DNA of 64,000 nucleotides from Heterodontus francisci (taxonomy: Eukaryota), in NCBI RefSeq assembly GCF_036365525.1, contig NC_090378.1, positions 124,791,593 to 124,855,592 on the forward strand, in the 5' to 3' direction. How positions within the stretch are numbered: position 1 is the first letter of the stretch; each line of letters begins with the position of its first letter. The notes beneath the pieces were generated by a model. It worked only from the letters and a program-made list of their open reading frames with translations. It was not told the origin of the DNA and made no database searches. The position numbers and the translations under genes were made by a program. Below are positions 28,190 to 38,025 of this stretch, in pieces.

Positions 28190-30486
28190 AAATGCAAGTC
28201 TGCTCCAGTGTTCTCGGAGAAAGTTCTCCGGATGTGTGTGTGATCTGAGATTTGTTAACACTGAGCCTGTTTCCTCCAGATAGACTGATCTATAGTTCGA
28301 GCTTCCTGTCAGGTTAACAGTGTCTTAAAGGGACACTGAGTCTTTAAACACTCTTACTATTAACCATTTCAGTGCTGAATTGGTGATTAACCTTCATTAG
28401 AGACGTTTAAACAGAGAAATATAGAAAGATTTGTGGTGCAGATGAGGCCATTCGGCCCATGGTGTCCATGCCAGCTGAAAATGAGCTAACCAGCCTAATC
28501 CCACTTTCCAGTTCTTATTCCTGCAAGTTTCAGCACCTCAAGTGCATATCCAAGTGTTTTTTAAATGTAATGAGTGTTTCTGCCTCTACCACCCTTTCAG
28601 GCAGTGAGTTCCAGACCCCCAACACCCTCTGGGTGAAAAAAGTACTCCTCAAATCACCTCTCATCCTTCCACCAATTAATTTAAATCTATGCCGCTGGGT
28701 TATTGACCTCTCTGCTGCGGGAAATAGGTCCTTCCTATCCACTCTATCTAGGCCCCTCATAATTTTATACACCTCAATTAAATCTTCCCCTCAGTCACCT
28801 CCGTTCCAAAGATAACAAGCCCAGCCATTCCAATCTTTCCTCATTGCTAAAGTTTTCCATTCCTGGCAACATCCTCGTAAATCTCCTCTGTACCCCCTCT
28901 TGTTTGATCACATCCTTCCTGTAATGTGGTGACCAGCACTGTACACAGTTTTCTAGCTGTGGACTAACTAGTGTTTTATACAACTCTGAGGAATCTCTTT
29001 GTTCTTATACTCTAGGCATCAGCCAGTAAGGGCAAGTATCCCATATGCCTTCTTAACCACCTCATCTAGCAGTCCTGCTACCTCAGAGATCTGTGGACAG
29101 GTACTCCAAGGTCCCTCAGTTCCTCTACACTTCTCAGTATCCTAGCATTTATTGTATATTGCTTTGCCTTGTTTGTCCTCCCCAAATGCATTACCTCACA
29201 TTTCTCCACATTAAATTCCATTCTCCATTTTCTGCCCACCTGACCAGTCTACAGCTCTCCTCCTCACAGATAACCACAAGGCCAATGTTTGTATCATCTG
29301 CAAACATCTTAATCATCAGTCTAAATCATTGATATATATTATAAACAGCAGGGAACCCAGTAATGAACCCTGCAGAACCCCACTGAAAACAGCCTTCCAC
29401 TAACAATAACAGCCATTGACAATAAACCTTTGCTTCCTGTCACTAAGTCAATTTTGGATCCAATTTCCCATGGATCCCATGGGCTTTTAATTTTCTGACC
29501 AATCTGCCATGTGGGATCTTATCAAAGGCCTTGCTAAAATCCATGTAGACTATATCAAACATGCTGCCCTCATTGACACTCCTTGTAACCTCTTCTAGAA
29601 ATGTAATCGTTAGTCAGACACAAACTTCCCTTAACAAATCCATGCTGACTGTCCTGAATTAATCCCGTGTTTCTCTAAATGATGGTTTTTACTGTCTCTC
29701 AGAACTTTTTCCAATAATTTTCCCACTGCCGAGGTTATGCTGACTGATCTGTAATTACTTGGTCCATCCATTCTTTCCTTTTTAAACAACAGTACAACAT
29801 TAGCAGTCCTCCAGTCCTCAGGTACCATGCCTTTAACCAGAGAGAATTGGAAAATGAGGATCAGAGCCTCCGCTATTTCTTCCATTGCTTCCTTTGCAGC
29901 CTGGGATATATTTCACCTGGGCCTGGTGATTTATCCATTTTCAAGGATGTGAAACACCTTAATATTTCCTCCCTCACTAAGTTTATCCCATCCAAGATTT
30001 CACACTCCTCCTCCTTAACTACAATGTCTGCTTTGTCACTCTCTGTGAAAAAAGGCACAAAGTATTCATTCAGAAACATGTCCATATCCTCCGCCTCCAC
30101 ACACAGGTTAGGTTTTTGGACTCTAATTGTCGCTGTTCTTTCCTTCGTAATCCTCTTGCTCTTTATGTATTTATTAAACATCTTTGGATTTTCCTTGATT
30201 TTATTTGCCAATATTTTTTCATGTCCTCTCTTTGCTTCCCTAATTTCCTTTTCAATTTCATTGCTGAACTTTCTCTACTCTTCTAGGCTTTCTGCAGTTT
30301 CTCAGTATCCGATATAAGTTTCCCATTTGTCCCTTATCCTACTGCGTATGCTCTTTGACATCCGGGGGAAATCGAGATTTGGGAGTCCCACCGTTTTTCT
30401 ATTTGAGAACTATTTGTTCTGAGGCCTCACTATCTCCTGCTTCAATGCCTCCCACTGCTCTCACACTGATTTACCTCCAGGCTACT

Positions 30487-30865
30487 GGGGAAGTGGTGGC
30501 GTAGTGGTAATATCACTGGACTCGTACTTAAGAACCCAAACTAATGCTTTAGGGACACAGCTTTGAACCCCACCACGTCAGATGAAAACATTAGAATGCA
30601 ATTAATAAACATCTGGAATTAAAAGCTCATCTGATGGTGACCATGAAACCATTGTCAATCATTGTAAAAACCCATCTGGTTCACTAATGTCCTTTCGGGA
30701 AGGAAATCTGCTGTCCTTACCTGGTCTGGCCTACATGTGACTCCAGACCAACAGCAATCTGGTTGACCCTTAAAATGCCCCTCAGTTCAAGGACAATTAG
30801 GGATGAACAATAAATGCTGGCCTAGCCAGCGATACCCACATCCCATGAGCAACTTAAAAAAAATT
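30487..30865 (+). mobile_element. tRNA-headed SINE whose 3' tail matches the CR1/L2-group LINE
   Basis: Head GTGGTGGCGTAGTGGTAAT...TTTGAACCCCACCA (A/B-box-like); tail CAATTAGGGATGAACAATAAATGCTGGCCTAGCCAGCG..CCACATCCCATGA plus A-run; second copy on the minus strand at 48263-48660. Confidence 0.75.
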
Positions 30866-31299
30866 AACAAAAAGCTGTTTCCAGTCTAATTCTGACAAAT
30901 CACATCTCAGCTTAGTAAAATTGGCCTTTCCCCAGTTTAAAACTTTTACTCTTGGTCCATCTTTAACCTTTTCTATAACTGCTCTAAATCTAACTGAATT
31001 ATAATCACTGCCACTAAAACACTCTCACATTGATCCCCTTCCACCTGCCCAGATTCATTCCTGAAAACTAAGTCCAGAACTGTATCTTCTCTTGTTGGTC
31101 TTTCTACTGATGAGAAAAGTTCTCCCGAATGTATTTTAGGAATTCTGCGCCCTCTGCACCTTTTATACTGAATTTATCCCAGTTAATATTTGGAAAGTTG
31201 AAATCCCCTCCTATTACTGGCCTGTTGTTTCTGCACTTTTCAGTAATTTGCCGACACATTTGCTCTTCTCTCTCCCTCTGACTGTTTGAGGGTCTATAG

Positions 31300-31950
31300 C
31301 AGGAGTCTGGAACCTGCGGCTCCGGAGACACATGTGACTCTTTAACAGCTCATTTACAGCTGCCAACCTTTTCCAGTTGGATCACATTAACATGAAAAAG
31401 GCCGAAAAAATTCAGTCAAGGAAAGTAAACTGTGTTTTTATTGTGGGGATAAAAGGCTAATCATTATGTTGTACTTTATAGTTTCAAATGATTATTTAAA
31501 TGAAAAGCATCATCATTGTCTAAATGAACTTGTTTGAGTGGTACAGCTTCCATTGGAGGAACAGCTTTTATGTTTGTGACCATTATTGTTTCTAATATCA
31601 CTGAGATGATAAATTATTCTGCTATTACAAACTTCTTTTTTATTACGAGAATCAATAGCTGCAAAAATTGTCTTAATTCTGCAGTTAAAGTTGGGTTTTA
31701 AGATGACTTTACTGACAAAATTATATTTTTAAAAAATCAAAAAAACACAATAATTCAGAGTGAAACCTATTCTGATTTTGACTTTTTTTCTTTTGATACA
31801 TAAATTCAATACATGTATTTTATTTATTATATATACAAAGTGTGCATTCTACCAGAGACACTTGTCAATTTAGAAGGTATTTGGTTTAGAAATGCTGAAT
31901 TTTGGTCTTGACGCTCCCAGTAGTTTTTATTTTAGGTAATATTTTTGAAA
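31300..31950. mobile_element. hAT-like non-autonomous DNA transposon (MITE) relic, AT-rich
   Basis: Starts CAGGAGTCTGGAACCTGCGGCTCCGGAGACACATGTGACTCTTT, resembling hAT/Charlie-type termini from recall, and interrupts otherwise collinear CR1 endonuclease sequence. The right TIR is not identifiable. Confidence 0.45.
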
Positions 31951-32303
31951 AAGGTCTCTTCCTTTTTTATCCCCCTCTCTATCCCATCTGAAAACCCAGT
32001 ATCAGGATCATTGAGCTGCCATTCCTGCCCTTCTTTAAGCCATGTTTCAGTAATTCCTACGATATCATACTTCCAAGAGCAGTCCAACATAATTTAACCA
32101 TCAGAACATCAAACCACCCAGTGTCATCGTATTTTAGACTAAACTTAGCAAGTGAGGCAAAAAAGAAGCAAATTAAGAATCAGTGATGCTCATTTCTAAT
32201 GATTCAACACCAGCCGTAGTTCATCAACCCAGCTGTCTGTTATCTGATGTGACATATCCAAACACGGAAACACCTACAGAAACATACGCATAAATATACA
32301 CAT

Positions 32304-32444
32304 TTTATCTGCAGCACCCGTGGAAGAGTCTGTCACTCTAGAATTGGCCTTTATAGCCACTCCAGGTGCTGCTGCACAAACCACTGACCACCTCCAGGCG
32401 CTTACCCATTGTCTCTCGAGACAAGGAGGCCAAAGAAGAAGAAG
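32304..32444 (+). mobile_element. Very short 5'-truncated RTE LINE 3' end with (GAA)n tail and 11-bp TSD
   Basis: Encodes ICSTRGRVCHSRIGLYSHSRCC (RTE C-terminal Cys/His motif), ends GGCCAAAGAAGAAGAAG, and is flanked by AATATACACAT at 32293-32303 and 32445-32455. Confidence 0.85.
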
Positions 32445-32925
32445 AATATACACATAGAACACACAAATATACACACAGAACACATAATTATACACACAGA
32501 ACACACAAATATATGCAGAGAACACACAAATATATACAGAGAACACACCAATATACACACTGAACACACAAATATATACAGAGAATACACAAACATATAC
32601 AGAGACTATGCAAATATATACAGGACATACAAATATAGAGACAGAACACACAAATATACAGAGAGAACACACCAATAACGGAACATAGAAATATACAGAG
32701 AGAACACACCAATATACACACAGAACACACAAATATACAGAGAGAACACACCACTATACACATAGAACACACAAATATACTAAGAGAACACACAAATATA
32801 CACAAAGAACACACAAATACACATGAAGAACACACAAGTATACATAGAGAATGCCTAAATGTACACAGGGAACACAAAAATATATACCTAGAACACATAA
32901 ATACACACAAAACACACAAACATGC
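32445..32925. repeat. Degenerate ~20-24-bp minisatellite (AGAACACACAAATATACACAG) just upstream of the C-exon acceptor
   Basis: About 21 imperfect tandem units ending ~30 bp before the splice acceptor. Confidence 0.85.
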
Positions 32926-32956
32926 AGTGATTAACAGTCTTTCTCTTCTCTTTCAG

Positions 32957-33285
32957 GCCGAGAGAAGTCTCAGCCCACACTGACCCTGCTGCCCCCCTCC
33001 CTCGAGCAGGTCAAGGCCAAGGGCACTGCCACCCTGGTATGCCTTGTCAATCACTTCTATCCCGATGAAGTGGGGGTGGAGTGGAAGAAGGATGGTGCAG
33101 CCATTTCAGCCGGGGTTCAGACCAGCAACTACCTGCGAGCTTCGGACAGCACCTACAGTGTCAGCAGCCTGCTGACCCTCTCTGGGTCCGAATGGGAGTC
33201 CAACGCCCGCTTCTCCTGTGCCCTCACCCACGAGACCCTCTCCTCTCCCCTCAGTAAGAGTGTCAGCAGATCAGAATGTGTGTAG
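32957..33285 (+). CDS. IGLC: Immunoglobulin light-chain constant exon (C1-set), intact; probably elasmobranch type I / NS5 / sigma-cart isotype
   Basis: Polypyrimidine tract + TTTCAG acceptor (32956), phase-1 join to J gives S-REKSQPTLTLLPPSLEQVKAKGTATLVCLVNHFYPDEVGVEWKKDGAAISAGVQTSNYLRASDSTYSVSSLLTLSGSEWESNARFSCALTHETLSSPLSKSVSRSECV*. Both domain Cys (33040, 33217), the core Trp, FYP, YSVSSLLTL and the penultimate inter-chain Cys (33277) are present. Isotype is from recalled similarity to horn shark type I chains plus the J-23 RSS. Confidence 0.96.
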
Positions 33286-33441
33286 AGTGTTAGAGACAGT
33301 CCGCAGAGGAGACACAACTTTAAATATAACAGGGGTGAACTGGGAGGATAAAGGTCATTGTCAGCACGGAATTTCAACTCTCTTCCTTCTCGTGACTGGG
33401 TCTGAGACACTTCTGAGGATCAGGGGTTAAGGCACGAAATT

Positions 33442-34870
33442 GGGACAGTGTAGAGGGAGCTTTACTCTGCATCTAACCCGTACTGTACCTGCCCTGGGAG
33501 TGTTTAATGGGGACAGTGTAGAGGGATCTTTACTCTGTATCTAACCCGTACTGTACCTGCCCTGGGAGTGTTTGATGTGGACAGTGTAGAGGCAGCTTTA
33601 CTCTGTATCTAACCCGTACTGTACCTGCCCTGGGAGTGTTTAATGGGGACAGTGTAGAGGGATCTTTACTCTGTATCTAACCCGTACTGTACCTGCCCTG
33701 GGAGTGTTTGATGTGGACAGTGTAGAGGCAGCTTTACTCTGTATCTAACCCGTACTGTACCTGCCCTGGGAGTGTTTGATTGGACAGTGTAGAGGGAGCT
33801 TTACTCTGTATCTAACCCGTACTGTACCTGCCCTGGGAGTGTTTGATTGGACAGTGTAGAGGGAGCTTTACTCTGTATCTAACCCGTACTGTACCTGCCC
33901 TGGGAGTGTTTGATTGGACAGTGTAGAGGGAGCTTTACTCTGTATCTAACCCGTACTGTACCTGCCCTGGGAGTGTTTGATTGGACAGTGTAGAGGGAGC
34001 TTTACTCTGTATCTAACCCGTACTGTACCTGCCCTGGGAGTGTTTGATTGGACAGTGCAGAGGGAGCTTTACTCTGTATCTAACCCCGTACTGTACCTGC
34101 CCTGGGAGTGTTTGATTGGACAGTGTAGAGGGAGCTTTACTCTGTATCTAACCCGTACTGTACCTGCCCTGGGAGTGTTTGATTGGACAACGTAGAGGGA
34201 GCTTTACTCTGTATCTAACCCGTACTGTACCTGCCCTGGGAGTGTTTAATGGGGACAGTGTAGAGGGATCTTTACTCTGTATCTAACCCGTACTGTACCT
34301 GCCCTGGGAGTGTTTGATGTGGACAGTGTAGAGGCAGCTTTACTCTGTATCTAACCCGTACTGTACCTGCCCTGGGAGTGTTTAATGGGGACAGTGTAGA
34401 GGGATCTTTACTCTGTATGTAACCCGTACTGTACCTGCCCTGGGAGTGTTTGATGTGGACAGTGTAGAGGCAGCTTTACTCTGTATCTAACCCGTACTGT
34501 ACCTGCCCTGGGAGTGTTTGATTGGACAGTGTAGAGGGAGCTTTACTCTGTATCTAACCCGTACTGTACCTGCCCTGGGAGTGTTTGATTGGACAGTCAG
34601 AGGGAGCTTTACTCTGTATCTAACCCGTACTGTACCTGCCCTGGGAGTGTTTGATTGGACAGTCAGAGGGAGCTTTACTCTGTATCTAACCCGTACTGTA
34701 CCTGCCCTGGGAGTGTTTGATTGGACAACGTAGAGGGAGCTTTACTCTGTATCTAACCCCGTACTGTACCTGCCCTGGGAGTGTTTGATTGGACAACGTA
34801 GAGGGTGCTTTACTCTGTATCTAACCCGTACTGTACCTGCCCTGGGAGTGTTTGATTGGACAATGTAGAC
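33442..34870. repeat. 59-60-bp minisatellite (~24 units) between the IgL stop codon and the first poly(A) signal
   Basis: Unit GGACAGTGTAGAGGGAGCTTTACTCTGTATCTAACCCGTACTGTACCTGCCCTGGGAGTGTTTGATT, highly homogeneous. Confidence 0.97.
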
Positions 34871-35157
34871 TCGTGATGCCAAGTAAAACCTCACTAAGAT
34901 GCTGAAGACTGTCAGCTGAGCTAAAATAATGTGAACCTCAGAAGTCGCCGCTCAGTAAACCAGACCTCCTTCCTGCTCACTCTGCAGTTACAATTTAAAG
35001 TTTAGTCTCTGTTTAAAGCGACAGGATTCTGATGTTATTGAGAAAATCTCCACAACTGTTTTAATAAACCTTCATTCCCCCTGTGAACTTCTCCAGCTTC
35101 CTCTCGCTGGGCTCTTTATTCAAGTCTTTTCTCTGTAAATGTAAATCTGTAAAAGGT

Positions 35158-35163
35158 AATAAA
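35158..35163 (+). terminator. Candidate polyadenylation signal for the IgL C transcript
   Basis: AATAAA followed ~20-35 nt later by GT-rich TGTCTCGGGAGTGTTTT. Alternatives are at 35063 and 35278; none is seen between 33285 and 35062. Confidence 0.55.
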
Positions 35164-35568
35164 CATTAAGAATATTCAGTAAATGTCTCGGGAGTGTTTT
35201 AGAAATGTCCCACCTTCCTGTCAGTCGATTGGCTGCATTTCAGCAAGTGGATCTAATAATTGGCTGGTTGACCTGTCAATAAACTATCAATCACCAGCAC
35301 ATCAGCAGAAAATTTAGTTCAAAGCCAATTATCAATCATTTAAAAATGAATGGTTTTATTTCGAATTCCTTGTGATTACAAGATTAAAAACATGGGGAAC
35401 TGAGGGGACAGAGACACTAATCACTAAACATTGTGATGCCAGTTAATAAGGACATAAAAGAATCAAGTCAAGCATGAGGATTTATTTCCAGCGGATAGAA
35501 TTGAAAACCAGAGAAATTATGTTAAATTTGTATAGAATCTTGGTAAGGCCACACTTGACATACTCCGA

Positions 35569-37369
35569 TGTAATGACCAGGTGAGAAAGGTGTCTAGGGG
35601 TCCCTCTCAGCCTTCACCTGGTCTTACTGTAAAATAGTTTAATTTTAAACACACCCTGTTTTTAGCTCCTCCCCACCCCCCCCCCCCCGCCCCCCCCGGG
35701 TGAATCCTTGTTCACCGCTTTCCAATTATAAGGCAAAAAAAACAGCACAAACAGGTTTTCTTAGGTTTAAAGACGAAAGATTGAAATTTATTAAACTTGA
35801 AGTGAAACTCTAATTCGGTTAACGCCTACGGATACACGATGCACCCACGCCAGCATGCATATACGATACACACATGCAAATAGAGACAGAAAAGAGCAGA
35901 AGAAATAAAGTGGAAAAGTTTAAGACAATATCTGAAGAGTTTTTGTTACAGTTCTTCAAGCTCATTGTAGAGTCCTTGATTGCAGGTAGATCTTGCTTTT
36001 CGTTGGGGCCCAGTATTCTTCTAAAACCTTGTTCACTGTTGGAGACTTTTCTTTCTTGGGGTTCATTTGTCTTCAATGGATTCAGAGGCTTGTGCAAAAG
36101 AGATAGGAGCAGACAGGAGAGAGATCTCAGTCCAGGAGCAAACAGACACACTCAGTTCAAACTGTTTGTACGATTCAGAAAACCTCAGGTTGCCAAGCAG
36201 GTTAGTCATGTGACTAACTGGTCTGACCATGTCTCGGCTCTGTAGATTGTATCATCTTATCATATATAGGATGATATAGATGGGCTGGTAAGATGGACAG
36301 AGCAGTGGAAAATGGCATTTAATCCTGAGAAGGGTGAGGTGATGCACTTTGGGAGGACTAACAAGGCAAGGGAATATACAATGGGTGGTAAGACCCTAGG
36401 AAGTATAGAAAGTCAGAGGGATCTTGGTGTACTTGTCTGAGCACTGAAGGCAGAAGTACAGGTAGATAAGGTGGTTAGGAAGGCATATGGGATACTTGCC
36501 TTTATTCGTCGAGGCATAGAATATAAGAGCAGGGAGGTTATGTTGGAGCTGTATAAAATGTTAGTTAGGCCACAGCTGGAGTACTGTGTACAGTTCTGGG
36601 CACCACATTACAGGAAGGATGTGATTGCACTGGAGAGGGTGCAGAGAAGATTCACCAGGATGCTGCCTGGGCTGGAGCATTTCAGCTATGAAGAGAGACT
36701 GAAAAGGCGAGGGTTGTTTTCCTTACAAAAGAGAAGGCTGAGGGGGGACATGATTGAGGTATTAAAAATTATGAGGGGCATTGATAGGTTAGATAGGAAG
36801 AAACTTTTTCCCTTGGTGGAGGGGTTAATAACTAGGGCTATAGATTTAAGGTAAGGGGCAGGAGGTTTAGAGGGGATTTGAGGAAAATGATTTTCACCAG
36901 GAGGGTGGTTGGAATCTGGAACACACTGCCCCTGAAGAGGTGGTAGAGGCAGGAACCCTTGCAACATTTAAGAAGTATTTAGATGAGCACTTGAAACACC
37001 ATAGCATACAAGGCTACAGGCCACGTGCTGGAAAATAGGATCAGAATAGTTAGGTGCTTGATGGCTGGCATGGACACGAAGGGCCGAAGGGCCTGTTTCT
37101 GTGCTGTATAATTCTATGACTCTATCTTAGCAGGGCCTGGAATGCTCCTCTTACACACAATACCTGGTGATCAAAGTGCATTGTGGGTTGAATGTGTCAG
37201 GGAATGGCTGATTGTCCTTCCAATCACCGTCTGTTAATATGCAAATGTCTTTTCCAGCCATGGCTGATCCGCTTAACAAGTCATTTCCTTGCTGCAGCAA
37301 CAATTTAAAATCAATGTTCATGACAAAATTAATGTGCCTCATTCTTGGCAGGTGGGGGGCAGTACGACA
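35569..37369 (-). mobile_element. Solo LTR (~930 bp net), TG...CA termini, 4-bp TSD CCGA, split by a CR1
   Basis: CCGA(35565-35568)|TGTAATG...TACGACA|CCGA(37370-37373). A minus-strand AATAAA near 35790 suggests the orientation. A 4-bp TSD is typical of Gypsy/ERV1-type integrases. Confidence 0.8.
36260..37123 (+). mobile_element. 5'-truncated CR1 LINE nested in the solo LTR
   Basis: ORF 36471-36854 (LVRPQLEYCVQFWAP, ALERVQRRFTRMLPGL, RRLRGDMIEV), tail GGGCCGAAGGGCCTGTTTCTGTGCTGTATAATTCTATGACTCT, possible TSD ATCTTA (36254-36259 / 37124-37129). Confidence 0.9.
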
Positions 37370-38025
37370 CCGAACAGTTCTGGTCTCCATGTTATCAAAA
37401 TGAGATAGAGGGTCTGGAGAAGTTGCAAAACAGATTGACGAGGAAGAGACCAGAACTGAGATGATGTGCTGATCAGGAAAGGCTGAACAGGCTGGGGAAC
37501 TTTCTCTAGAACTGAGGAGGCTGAGGATTGATCTAATGGAGGTCTTTAAAAATATGAAGAGGTTTGATAGGGTAGGTCAGGAAAAGATGCATCCACTTAT
37601 GGGTGAGACCAGAACTCTTGGCCGTGAATATAGGATAATCACCAATAAATCTGATAGGTAATTCAGGAGGAACAACTCTGAGAGATAGCATGAGTGTTAA
37701 ATAACAGGTTTTATTGTTATTTCTTTGGACAGAAAACGTTATATACCAGAATTTCATTGTTTTTTAGTCAATGACCTCCTGATTTTAGTTTGAGTTAAAC
37801 AAAACTCTCCTGAAACATTTTTGAATTTAAGGAACATTTCTTTGTAAAAAAAAAAGCATTATTTTTGAACATTGAGGTAATTTGTTTGAATGAGCATTGA
37901 TGTTCAAGACTTATGTTTGGGACTGTATAAGTTCGCAAACAAAATAGTGCAATAGATTTTCAATTCTTCATTTCTTTTAGATGTTGGGGATGACAGGAGC
38001 TGGTTCGGAAAATAGAGAAAGGATG

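Larger units (their letters stand above)
28413..32072 (-). mobile_element. Old, long CR1 LINE relic (endonuclease to 3' tail), interrupted by a SINE (30487-30865) and a MITE-like insert (31300-31950)
   Basis: Fragments 28530-28772 (FFTQRVLGVWNSLP), 28795-28983, 29631-29885 (PEDWRTANVV), 29873-30211 (DKSPGPG), 31104-31331 (GGDFNFPNINW). The reverse strand at ~31995-32070 reads YDIVGITETWLKEGQEWQLN (APE N-terminus). Confidence 0.85.
35370..37700 (+). mobile_element. Very old CR1 3' fragment (35370-35568 + 37374-37700) hosting the solo LTR
   Basis: TTGTATAGAATCTTGGTAAGGCCACACTTGACATACTCCGA | ACAGTTCTGGTCTCCA rejoins to a degenerate LYRILVRPHL.Y..QFWSP motif. Confidence 0.7.

Noticed and set aside
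31400-31950. AT-rich stretch as a kappa-like matrix attachment region/enhancer
   Set aside because: It sits inside a CR1 relic and begins with a hAT-like terminus, so it is better explained as a MITE.
33070-33285. ORF-track 71-aa protein starting at GTG 33070
   Set aside because: It is only the 3' part of the C exon, which really begins at the splice acceptor at 32957.
33442-34870. Regular repeat array superficially like CRISPR
   Set aside because: No unique spacers, a vertebrate context and no cas genes.
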